Positions 1 to 8,125 of a stretch of 45,580 nucleotides of DNA are shown here, in pieces. The position numbers and the translations under genes are program-made. Source of the stretch: Thermoplasmata archaeon (GTDB lineage: Archaea; Thermoplasmatota; Thermoplasmata; Thermoplasmatales; ARK-15); assembly GCA_049967595.1 (NCBI GenBank), contig JBMFSK010000002.1, positions 1 to 45,580 of the forward strand. Reading direction: 5' to 3'. Numbering within the stretch: position 1 is the first letter of the stretch; each line of letters begins with the position of its first letter. The notes beneath the pieces are model-generated. The model was not told the DNA's origin. It saw only the letters and a list, made by a program, of their open reading frames with translations, and ran no database searches.

Positions 1-7
1 TTATATT

Positions 8-199
8 ATGAAAAAAGAAGAGAATATGAATGAGGAAGAGAACTATTTTATAGAAAGAGGTCTCTGGCTTATGTTATTAAATATGTACATATCATATTAT
101 AAAATAAATCCAAAACATGATGTTATGAATAAAATAAATGAAACTGCAAAAAAAATGGGAATAGAATTTGAAAATTTATCTCTTCTGTTAAAAAAGTGA
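8..199 (+). CDS. hypothetical small protein (63 aa)
   Basis: ORF-track ORF only. It is Asn/Glu/Lys-rich with no recognisable motif, and may be a chance ORF in AT-rich DNA at the window edge. Confidence 0.25.
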   Translation: MKKEENMNEEENYFIERGLWLMLLNMYISYYKINPKHDVMNKINETAKKMGIEFENLSLLLKK

Positions 200-202
200 T
201 TT

Positions 203-1129
203 TTAAACTGGTTCTGGCTTTTTTTCTGCCTCTTTCTTTATTGATTTAATTTCAAAATAGCTTTTTACCATGCTCCAAGCACCTATGATTCCAACTACGG
301 TGATAACAAGAAGAAATCCCACATCTATAGCATTTAGGTTTGGAACAGAAACACCAGTGGATATGGCAAAATTATCTATAGATGGTAATAGAATGATTAC
401 CATACCTATCAATGCAAATGCAAGCCCTCCATAATAGAGAGTTCTTCCAGCAGTAGATTTACCAATGTATTTAATGTCATTATCATTCATCTTCATTTTC
501 CTCAGGAGAGTTCCGAAAACTGCACCTATTATAATCTGCATTACCATCGTACCTAGTCCAAACATAAGACCTGGCAATGGGGAATATATTACACTTGGAA
601 CCTGTGGTGCAAGTACAAACGTGATTATTGTGGCATATGCCCCAAATCCAAATCCTGCAATTAATCCATGTAAAATGGTCATTTTTAAAGGTATTTCCTT
701 TGGATGAACTTCTCTTGGAGATAATCTTGTGGCATTTTCTGTATGATGTGCCTTTCCACCTAACAGTTTATCAAAAGGAAGATGGAAATATTTGCCCCTT
801 AGAACATAGGATCCTGCTATGGCCATTACTATGCCAACGATCAAGTATACTGGTCCATCAAGATTATATGTCTTGTAAATATATGCAAGACCTATAAAAC
901 CAAGAAATGTTAAAAACGCCCTCTGTATTGTGAATCCTAATGAAAAGAGAAAACCTGCTTTCATTCCTCCTTTTGTACTGTAAGAACCCACTGCATAGCT
1001 AAAAGTAATCGGCCAGGTATGTTCATCCGGTGTTATTCCATGCAGAATGCCAAGTATGAATGATATAACAAGAATTTCCCACAAAACCAGATTATTGGGA
1101 GGACTAAGAAGAAAGGATAGAAAATCCAT
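203..1129 (-). CDS. polytopic membrane protein, putative metal-ion transporter
   Basis: 308 aa with about 8 hydrophobic segments, an HGITPDEHTW motif in the first TM region and a His-rich loop (GGKAHHTENA..HPKE). It lies 6 nt downstream of a DtxR/MntR-type regulator gene on the same strand. The metal substrate is inferred, not shown. Confidence 0.55.
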   Translation of the reverse strand: MDFLSFLLSPPNNLVLWEILVISFILGILHGITPDEHTWPITFSYAVGSYSTKGGMKAGFLFSLGFTIQRAFLTFLGFIGLAYIYKTYNLDGPVYLIVGIVMAIAGSYVLRGKYFHLPFDKLLGGKAHHTENATRLSPREVHPKEIPLKMTILHGLIAGFGFGAYATIITFVLAPQVPSVIYSPLPGLMFGLGTMVMQIIIGAVFGTLLRKMKMNDNDIKYIGKSTAGRTLYYGGLAFALIGMVIILLPSIDNFAISTGVSVPNLNAIDVGFLLVITVVGIIGAWSMVKSYFEIKSIKKEAEKKPEPV

Positions 1130-1135
1130 TTTTTA

Positions 1136-1594
1136 TCACCCCTTTAAAACTAGTTCCATTTTACCTGATTCCTTGCTTATTTTTTCATGCGGAATTTCTT
1201 TACCATGTGGGCAATAGTTAGGATGACCAAGAAGCTGGCAGACTGAATTTATAAATTCCTCCGTAACGTGATATTCCATCATTCTTGCATTTTTACAGGA
1301 ATTTTCTAAATCCATACCTAACTTATAAAGAAAAGTTTCAACTATCCTGTGATTCCTTTTTATTGTTCTTACGACTTGCTCACCTTTTTCAAGCAATTTA
1401 ATATTTCCATTTCTTTTTAAAATGTAACCTTTTTCCCGAAGATTGTCTAAATATTCTTCAGAAGTTGATGGCCTAACATTGAGATTTCTTGAAATTTCTG
1501 ATACATTTGGCTGCCATCCTTCCTGTGATAAATCGTAAATTGCCTGAAGGAAATCCAATTCTCTTTCGGTTAAACCTAAATTATTTAGATCCAT
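1136..1594 (-). CDS. DtxR/MntR-family metal-dependent transcriptional regulator
   Basis: N-terminal wHTH (LTERELDFLQAIYDL..ISRNLNVRPSTSEEYLDNLREKGYI). This is followed by the metal-binding/dimerisation region (RNHRIVETFL..LG..MEYHVTEE..LGHP..CPHG) typical of iron/manganese-dependent repressors. Confidence 0.85.
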   Translation of the reverse strand: MDLNNLGLTERELDFLQAIYDLSQEGWQPNVSEISRNLNVRPSTSEEYLDNLREKGYILKRNGNIKLLEKGEQVVRTIKRNHRIVETFLYKLGMDLENSCKNARMMEYHVTEEFINSVCQLLGHPNYCPHGKEIPHEKISKESGKMELVLKG

Positions 1595-1678
1595 ACGAAA
1601 TTGAAATAAAAACTGTTATTTAAATCTTGCTGATGAATTAAAAATAAAGTTAATATAAAAAAAAGAATTGTTTAAATT

Positions 1679-2743
1679 ATGAAAATTAAAGAAATAAGGA
1701 CCCAAGAATTAAAAATACCTCTTAAAAGGATATTTATAATTGCGTCTGGATCATCAGAATATTCCAATAATGTAATATTGAAAATAATTACTGATTCATC
1801 GACAGGATATGGAGAAGCTTCACCATCTATACACGTTTTAGGGGAAAACGCAGGAACAGTACAATCAATTGTACCAGTGTTATTTAACAAAATTAAGGAT
1901 TTCGAAGCGGGGGATGTACGTGACATATCAAAAGTATTAAAAAAAATACCTAATAACCAAAGTGCAAAAGCTGGATTGGACATTGCACTTCATGACCTTC
2001 TCGCCAAAGAATACAATGCACCGTTAAATAGATTATTAGGTACATCAAAAATTGCTATGGATACTGATATCACTATTGGAATAATGGATGAACAGGATGC
2101 TATAAATCTGGCAAGAGAATACATAAAGGAGGGTTTCAAATCAATAAAAATAAAGGTAGGAACAAATTTAAAGAAAGATATTGAAAGGGTGAAAAATATA
2201 AGATCTGCTGTAGGAGACAAAATAGAACTTAGAGTTGATGCGAATCAAGGCTATAATTATAACGAAGCAAGGGATTTTATAGATGAAACAAAGAAACTTG
2301 ACATAGAATTCCTAGAACAGCCTATGCCATATTATATGCTGGAAAAAATGGCTGAACTGAGAAAGTATTCACAGATTCCCATAATGCTCGATGAAAGTCT
2401 TAAAGATATCAGGGACCTTTATGAAATAATAAACAAAAAGGCAGCTGATATGATCAACATAAAATTGATGAAAACGTCTGGAATCACTGATGCACTTTCC
2501 ATTGCAGATTTGGCAAAATCATACGATTTAAAAATAATGGTAGGATGCATGGCGGAAACATCTTTGGGTATTGCAGCCTCAATGCATTTCGCATTGGCCA
2601 TTGATGCTGATTACATAGACCTTGATTCACACTTTAATTTGCAATACGATATTGCAAAAAATCCGATTAAAAATCTAAAGGGTAAAAATTATATTAACAA
2701 TGACTTTGGTTTGGGAATAAATCTTAAGGATGATTACATATGA
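1679..2743 (+). CDS. enolase-superfamily enzyme, MLE subgroup (dipeptide epimerase / OSBS-like)
   Basis: KxK motif (SIKIKVG), metal ligands in RVDANQGY, LEQP and MLDES, and a second catalytic Lys in NIKLMKTSG. At 354 aa the length fits L-Ala-D/L-Glu epimerase-like proteins. Confidence 0.85.
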   Translation: MKIKEIRTQELKIPLKRIFIIASGSSEYSNNVILKIITDSSTGYGEASPSIHVLGENAGTVQSIVPVLFNKIKDFEAGDVRDISKVLKKIPNNQSAKAGLDIALHDLLAKEYNAPLNRLLGTSKIAMDTDITIGIMDEQDAINLAREYIKEGFKSIKIKVGTNLKKDIERVKNIRSAVGDKIELRVDANQGYNYNEARDFIDETKKLDIEFLEQPMPYYMLEKMAELRKYSQIPIMLDESLKDIRDLYEIINKKAADMINIKLMKTSGITDALSIADLAKSYDLKIMVGCMAETSLGIAASMHFALAIDADYIDLDSHFNLQYDIAKNPIKNLKGKNYINNDFGLGINLKDDYI

Positions 2744-3291
2744 AAATAATAATTGGAATAACTGGTGCATCAGGAATCATTTATGCAACAACTTTAATAG
2801 ATCGGTTAAGAGAAGAGATATATTTAATTATTACAGAGAATGCGAAAAGAATAATGATATTTGAAACAAAAATGGACTATAAGACCCTTGAAAAAAAGGT
2901 AAATAAAATATATAACGACAGTGATTTATTTGCTTCAGTAGCATCTGGAAGCACAAAGTTTGATGCATTTGTTGTAATTCCTGCTTCTATGAACACCATT
3001 GCAAAATTTGCTAATGGTATTGCAGATACTCTAATAACAAGGGTCTTTTCCGTTTCGCTTAAGGAGAAAAGAAAGATCATTGTAGTTCCAAGAGAAACAC
3101 CATTGAATTCAATAAATCTTGAAAACATGAAAAAACTTTCTGATTTGGGAGTGGTGGTTATGCCAGCATCTCCAGGTTTTTATTTCAAGCCTAAGACAGT
3201 GGAAGATCTTGTTGATTTTATAGTTTATAGGGTCCTTGATCATCTGGGAATAGAGGGGGACTACCCAAGATGGGAAAAAAATACATTCTAG
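2740..3291 (+). CDS. ubiX: flavin prenyltransferase UbiX/Pad1
   Basis: MKIIIGITGASG N-terminus, then VIPASMNTIAKFANGIADTLITR and VVPRETPLN..MPASPGFY motifs. The start overlaps the upstream stop (ATGA). Confidence 0.9.
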   Translation: MKIIIGITGASGIIYATTLIDRLREEIYLIITENAKRIMIFETKMDYKTLEKKVNKIYNDSDLFASVASGSTKFDAFVVIPASMNTIAKFANGIADTLITRVFSVSLKEKRKIIVVPRETPLNSINLENMKKLSDLGVVVMPASPGFYFKPKTVEDLVDFIVYRVLDHLGIEGDYPRWEKNTF

Positions 3292-3737
3292 ACACATCCG
3301 TATTTTTATCTGGAAAATCCGTACCCATGGACATAGAAATAATAATACCTTACAGCGTGATAAATGAACTGAAAAATCAAAATAAATATTCATTTCTTCT
3401 TGAAAGATCAAAAATAGTAAGCCCATCTGAAATAAGTTTAAGAATTGCACAGGAAGCAGCAAAAAAAACAGGTGATATAAACAAGCTTTCAGAAACTGAC
3501 TTGGATATAATTGCTCTTTCACAGGAATTTGATGCTACTGTAATGACAGATGATTATGCGATACAGAACGTTTTAAAATTCCTAAACGTGCCTTACACAG
3601 GAATGGCAATGAAAGAAATAAAGGAAAATTTTAAATGGGTTTATAGGTGCACTGGCTGCAAAAGGTACTTTGATAAATATTACGAATCCTGTCCTGTGTG
3701 CGGTTCACCATTAAAATTAATAAAAAAGAAGCTTTAA
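3270..3737 (+). CDS. nob1: Nob1-like endonuclease (PIN domain plus C-terminal zinc ribbon)
   Basis: PIN-like N-terminus (YILDTSVF..DLDIIAL..MTDDYAIQN) plus a CxxC..CxxC ribbon (CTGCKRYF..CPVCGSP). Overlaps ubiX by 22 nt. Confidence 0.8.
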   Translation: MGKKYILDTSVFLSGKSVPMDIEIIIPYSVINELKNQNKYSFLLERSKIVSPSEISLRIAQEAAKKTGDINKLSETDLDIIALSQEFDATVMTDDYAIQNVLKFLNVPYTGMAMKEIKENFKWVYRCTGCKRYFDKYYESCPVCGSPLKLIKKKL

Positions 3738-3763
3738 ATAACATCTTTTAATTTGAGTAAAAA

Positions 3764-3835
3764 GGGTAGGTGGCAGAGTGGTGATGCGCGAGACTGCAGA
3801 TCTCGTTTAATGGGGTTCGATTCCCCACCTACCCT
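3764..3835 (+). tRNA. tRNA-Cys(GCA)
   Basis: Cloverleaf folded by hand. Acceptor GGGTAGG/CCTACCC, anticodon stem CGAGA/TCTCG with loop CTGCAGA, T-arm TGGGG-TTCGATT-CCCCA, discriminator T, no intron. Confidence 0.9.
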
Positions 3836-4562
3836 CTGCTATTTTTGATATTTCTCCGTACAGAAAAGAGAGAGACCGTAATGTCCAGTAATATTCGTAA
3901 AAACTTTTAGATGTTTTCAGATAATTAAATTCAAATCCATAAGACACATCCATCAATAAAAGATTCTCAGCTGGAACGTTAAATTTGCTCCCCTCAGTGA
4001 ATGGATTCCCTTTTCCATATGCTAGAAATCCTACGATACGTCGTACCATGTTCCACAGAAAGCTCTGACCCCAAATATCTATCACGATAAGATCATGATC
4101 TTTTTCTATCTCTATATTACTTATTTTTCTTAAAGTGTTTCTGTCATCCTTTCTTGAAAAAAGAGAGAAATCATGTTCTCCGATAAATAATTCTGCTTTT
4201 TTTTTCATATCATCCAGATTGAAATTTTGGTCTAAGAGAAAGTATCTGTACCATCTTTCCAAAGCATGCCTAGGTTTGAATCTATCATCAACAACCGTAT
4301 ATGAATAAAAAAGCATGAATGGCAATTTTGAATTTAAAATTCCTGCAATCTTTTTTATTTCATCTTTTGATATCAATCCTATAACATTACCAAGTGCACT
4401 AACATTTCTATCAGTTCTACTTGAAATGTATATCCTGTCTGAAATATTGAATGCCCTTGTTACTTTTAAAATTTCACCTTCAACCGTTTTTCTGTTTTTT
4501 TCCATAGAAAATGCGTCAAACTTCGTTCCATCGTAAGCAAATTTTATCAAATACACGGTCAT
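3807..4562 (-). CDS. truA: tRNA pseudouridine(38-40) synthase TruA/Pus
   Basis: FAYDGTKF N-terminal motif and catalytic-Asp motif SSRTDRNVSALGNV. The 3' end runs 29 nt into the convergent tRNA-Cys gene. Confidence 0.85.
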   Translation of the reverse strand: MTVYLIKFAYDGTKFDAFSMEKNRKTVEGEILKVTRAFNISDRIYISSRTDRNVSALGNVIGLISKDEIKKIAGILNSKLPFMLFYSYTVVDDRFKPRHALERWYRYFLLDQNFNLDDMKKKAELFIGEHDFSLFSRKDDRNTLRKISNIEIEKDHDLIVIDIWGQSFLWNMVRRIVGFLAYGKGNPFTEGSKFNVPAENLLLMDVSYGFEFNYLKTSKSFYEYYWTLRSLSFLYGEISKIAEGRWGIEPH

Positions 4563-4598
4563 GAAATCTTTTTATAGTATTTAAGCATTGATTATTTA

Positions 4599-5051
4599 AT
4601 GAAATATAAAATTCCTGATAAAAAGCTAATCTCTTTTATTATTAAAAAAATAATTAGGGAAAAAAAGGTAATTAAATCGCAGAAAAATTTTCTTGAATAT
4701 GTTTTAAGCGAACTAAAAAGCTCTGGTATAGATTACAGACTTGACGGAAAAAGATTGAGAAGCATTGCCATTAACAATTCTAGATTGAAAATAGAAATAA
4801 AATATAGGGAAAGCGACGAGGAATCAAAAAATTTAAAAACTTGCCCTGTATGCGGTAATAAATTAATAGACATAAAAAATTCCACTCTTTACGGAGAAAC
4901 CGTATTTTCTGGAAAGAAATGTACAAAATGTCCTTATTGGACTGGCCCGAAAAAAAAGATACCAAGGAGATATATATTCTATGGAGATGAAAATTATGAT
5001 AAGCAAAAGATTTGGAAATATGATAATAGCAAAGCTGGAAAAAAACGATGA
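4599..5051 (+). CDS. hypothetical zinc-ribbon protein
   Basis: 150-aa basic protein with CPVCG..(25 aa)..CTKCP (a four-Cys ribbon). No family recognised. Confidence 0.5.
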   Translation: MKYKIPDKKLISFIIKKIIREKKVIKSQKNFLEYVLSELKSSGIDYRLDGKRLRSIAINNSRLKIEIKYRESDEESKNLKTCPVCGNKLIDIKNSTLYGETVFSGKKCTKCPYWTGPKKKIPRRYIFYGDENYDKQKIWKYDNSKAGKKR

Positions 5052-5406
5052 TGTATTTGAAAGCATCGAAAATCTCATTGATGAATACATTATAAAAGGT
5101 GGAATCATAGTTTCTGGCGTGGGAATGTTAAAAAATTTTGAAATAGGCTACTGGAATGGAAAAGAATACGAAAAAAAGGTTATTGAAAAAAACCACGAAC
5201 TTGTTTCAATGCATGGAAGTATAGCAGAAAATGATCCAAAGATACATATTCACGTTGGCCTTGCAGGGCCAGATCATTTTCTTATTGGAGGACACCTTAT
5301 AAGTGCAAAAGCCGATCCAATGGTAGAATTGACAATTCTAGAAACAGGCCTTCCAATACAAAGGGTTTTCAATGAAAAAACTTCATTAAAAGAAATGAGT
5401 TTTTAA
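4981..5406 (+). CDS. PPC/DUF296-domain protein
   Basis: IAKLEKNDDV..L..GGIIVSGVGML...HGSIA...IHIHVGLAGPDH.LIGGHL pattern typical of the PPC (DUF296) fold. The start is uncertain: in-frame ATGs at 4981/4987/4996/5020 all overlap the upstream ORF. Confidence 0.7.
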   Translation: MEMKIMISKRFGNMIIAKLEKNDDVFESIENLIDEYIIKGGIIVSGVGMLKNFEIGYWNGKEYEKKVIEKNHELVSMHGSIAENDPKIHIHVGLAGPDHFLIGGHLISAKADPMVELTILETGLPIQRVFNEKTSLKEMSF

Positions 5407-5409
5407 ACT

Positions 5410-6090
5410 ATGTTCATTTTATATTTAATTTTGTTTCTATTGACTTTATTTTTTTTATCTTATTTCCTAAAGATACTTGATTTAAAAGGATCTATATTTG
5501 CGTTCATTATTGGTTTCACCGTTTCATATTTAGGATCCTTGTATTTCTTGATTCTTTTGATTATTTTTGTTGCTTTATCATTTATTGCTACAAAATACAA
5601 GCATTCAAAAAAGGAGAACATTAAAGGCTTTGAAAATACAAGGTCTTGGAAAAGTGTTCTATCAAAAGGCGTAATACCTTTTATTTTGGTATTTTTACCT
5701 GTAAATTTTATTTACAAGGAGGTAATATTTTCTGTTGCAGTTGCTGCAGCTACATCTGATACAATTTCAGGAGAATTTGGGGTTCTTTCCCAGAATGCAT
5801 ACTATATAACAAATTTAAAAAAGGCTAGACCAGGTGAAAACGGAGCTGTTTCACCTATAGGAGAGATATGGGCGCTCATAGGCTCACTTATTATAGCTAT
5901 TTTCTCTTTAATATTTTTTGATATTAGCATTTATGGATTTTTACTAATTTTAGTTTTTGGTTTTTTAGGAAGCCAGTTTGACAGCACCCTAGGGTCCTTT
6001 TTTGAAAATAAGGGTAAAATAAAAAAATTTACGGTAAATCTCGTTGCAATAGGGTTAAGTATAGTTTTTGCATATGTCTGTTTGCTATGA
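5410..6090 (+). CDS. DUF92/TMEM19-family integral membrane protein
   Basis: Six to seven TM segments and a central AAATSDTISGEFG motif resembling the DUF92 signature. Confidence 0.65.
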   Translation: MFILYLILFLLTLFFLSYFLKILDLKGSIFAFIIGFTVSYLGSLYFLILLIIFVALSFIATKYKHSKKENIKGFENTRSWKSVLSKGVIPFILVFLPVNFIYKEVIFSVAVAAATSDTISGEFGVLSQNAYYITNLKKARPGENGAVSPIGEIWALIGSLIIAIFSLIFFDISIYGFLLILVFGFLGSQFDSTLGSFFENKGKIKKFTVNLVAIGLSIVFAYVCLL

Positions 6091-7301
6091 AAAAAATTTT
6101 GCTCATAATTCTGGATGGTCTAGGAGATAGACCTTCTCCTGATTTAGGAGACAAAACACCTCTTCAGGCAGCAAACAAAAAAAATATAAATGCTCTGGCA
6201 TCTAAAGGTATGGTTGGCCTTTTTGAACCTATCTCACCTGGCATAAGACCTGGGAGTGATACAGCACACTTATCTATTTTGGGATATGATCCATACAAAA
6301 CATATACTGGAAGAGGCCCATTTGAAGCAATGGGTCTTGGAATGGATTTAAAACCTGGGGACATTGCCTTTAGAGGAAATTTTGCTACGGTTGACAGTAA
6401 TTTTAAAGTCATAGATAGAAGGGCAGGCAGAATAGACAAAGGAACCGAGGTATTGGCAAAATCTCTTAATATAAAAATTGATGATACTGAAATATTTGTC
6501 AAGGAAGGCGTAGAACATAGGGCTGGAGTTGTATTCAGGGGAAAAGACCTTTCCCCAGACGTGACCGATGTTGATCCTCATCAAGAGAATTCAACTGTCC
6601 ACGAATCAAAACCATTAACAGATAAAGCAAAAAAGACTGCGGAACTCATTAACAAATTCACAAGGAAGAGCTATGAGATTCTAGATCAGCATAAAATAAA
6701 CATGGAAAGAAAGATGCAGGGCAAATTTCCTGCAAATGTTCTTCTTGTTAGGGGAGCTGGTATTGTCCCTGATCTAGAGAATTTCGGTAAAAAGTACAAT
6801 CTGAAAAGTGCTTGCATCGTTGGTGTCCCATTGATTTCTGGTATATGCAGACTTGCTGGAATTACACCAATAAAAGTACCAGGGGCTACAGGAACTGTAA
6901 ATACAAACATGGATAACAAGATCAATTATGCTATAGAAAATCTCAAGACGTACGATTTTATTCTTATGAACATTAAAGCAACTGATATTGCCGGACACGA
7001 TGGTAATGCTAAACTTAAAAAAGAAATGATAGAAAAGGCGGACAGGGCTTTTCAACCTTTACTCTCTCACCTTGATGAGTATACAATCATGATAACGGGG
7101 GATCATTCCACTCCTTGTACTGTTAAAGACCATACAGGTGATCCTTTGCCTGTATTGATCTCCACATCAGGTATAAGGTCAGATGGCATAGATGAATGGA
7201 ACGAAGTTTCTGTATCAAAAGGATCGCTGCGCATTACGGGCATGGATGTAATGAATGTATTGTTAAATTACAGTGACAGAGCGGAGAAATTTGGTGCATG
7301 A
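6087..7301 (+). CDS. apgM: cofactor-independent phosphoglycerate mutase, archaeal type
   Basis: N-terminus ILLIILDGLGDRP, metal-binding regions (PGSDTAHLS, DIAGHDGN, ITGDHSTP) and 404 aa length are typical of ApgM. Confidence 0.9.
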   Translation: MKKILLIILDGLGDRPSPDLGDKTPLQAANKKNINALASKGMVGLFEPISPGIRPGSDTAHLSILGYDPYKTYTGRGPFEAMGLGMDLKPGDIAFRGNFATVDSNFKVIDRRAGRIDKGTEVLAKSLNIKIDDTEIFVKEGVEHRAGVVFRGKDLSPDVTDVDPHQENSTVHESKPLTDKAKKTAELINKFTRKSYEILDQHKINMERKMQGKFPANVLLVRGAGIVPDLENFGKKYNLKSACIVGVPLISGICRLAGITPIKVPGATGTVNTNMDNKINYAIENLKTYDFILMNIKATDIAGHDGNAKLKKEMIEKADRAFQPLLSHLDEYTIMITGDHSTPCTVKDHTGDPLPVLISTSGIRSDGIDEWNEVSVSKGSLRITGMDVMNVLLNYSDRAEKFGA

Positions 7302-8125
7302 TAGAATACATAATATTTGCATTAATTATCTTTATTATTTTTTATTCTTACTATAAAAATAAACATGCTGTGTTTTATATTGTTTTAGCAAATCTTATAA
7401 TCTTTGCAGTTGAAATGTTTTATTTGTACGAAAATGTGAATATTTTTGCCATTCTTGGTTACAGTACTCAAAATATCTTTTCAATACAGCTTTTGACTGG
7501 CATATTCACACATTATGATTACATTCACATTCTTTCAAATATGGTTGTCTTACTTTTTGTTGGATTTCCATTTGAAATGAAAATTAATTCAAGAAAATTC
7601 ATAATTATTTATCTAGTAACAGGTATAATTGCTGAGATAATTTACGCGCTTTTCCATTTGAATGAAAATTATATATTATTAGGTGCTTCTGGCTCAATAT
7701 TCGGTATTATGGGTGCATATCTTAGACTATTTCCAAACGATGAAATATCCATGTTCCTGGGATTTATATTCTTTCCAAAAATCAAGGTAAAGTATGCTGT
7801 ATTTTTCGCCGCAATAATAGAATTTCTTGCAATGCTTCTTTCTTATGAGGACAATGTTGCACACCTTGTACATATTTCAGCTTTTGTAATTGGACTCCTT
7901 ATAGCACCATTATTCTTGAAAACAGGTGTTAAAGAATTCTCTGTTGAAGATCTGGAACCACTTGCGAATGATAGTAAGTCAAAGGAAATGCTTTCAAAAA
8001 TAAAAAATGAAAAAATAGAGATTGTTAAAAAAGTCCTTATTGATGAATACTTAAAATATGTATGCAAGGAATATAGAAAGAAAAATGATAATGTTTACTG
8101 CAATGGAAAAAAATTTAAGTTATGA
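7298..8125 (+). CDS. rhomboid-family intramembrane serine protease
   Basis: GASGSIFGIMGAY (GxSG catalytic Ser), a downstream His in AHLVHISAFVIG, and a multi-TM architecture. Confidence 0.85.
   Translation: MIEYIIFALIIFIIFYSYYKNKHAVFYIVLANLIIFAVEMFYLYENVNIFAILGYSTQNIFSIQLLTGIFTHYDYIHILSNMVVLLFVGFPFEMKINSRKFIIIYLVTGIIAEIIYALFHLNENYILLGASGSIFGIMGAYLRLFPNDEISMFLGFIFFPKIKVKYAVFFAAIIEFLAMLLSYEDNVAHLVHISAFVIGLLIAPLFLKTGVKEFSVEDLEPLANDSKSKEMLSKIKNEKIEIVKKVLIDEYLKYVCKEYRKKNDNVYCNGKKFKL

Noticed and set aside
1604-1621. The inverted repeat AAATAA-N6-TTATTT in the divergent spacer, considered as a DtxR/MntR operator.
   Set aside because: It has only 6-bp all-A/T arms in very AT-rich DNA, which is not distinguishable from background.
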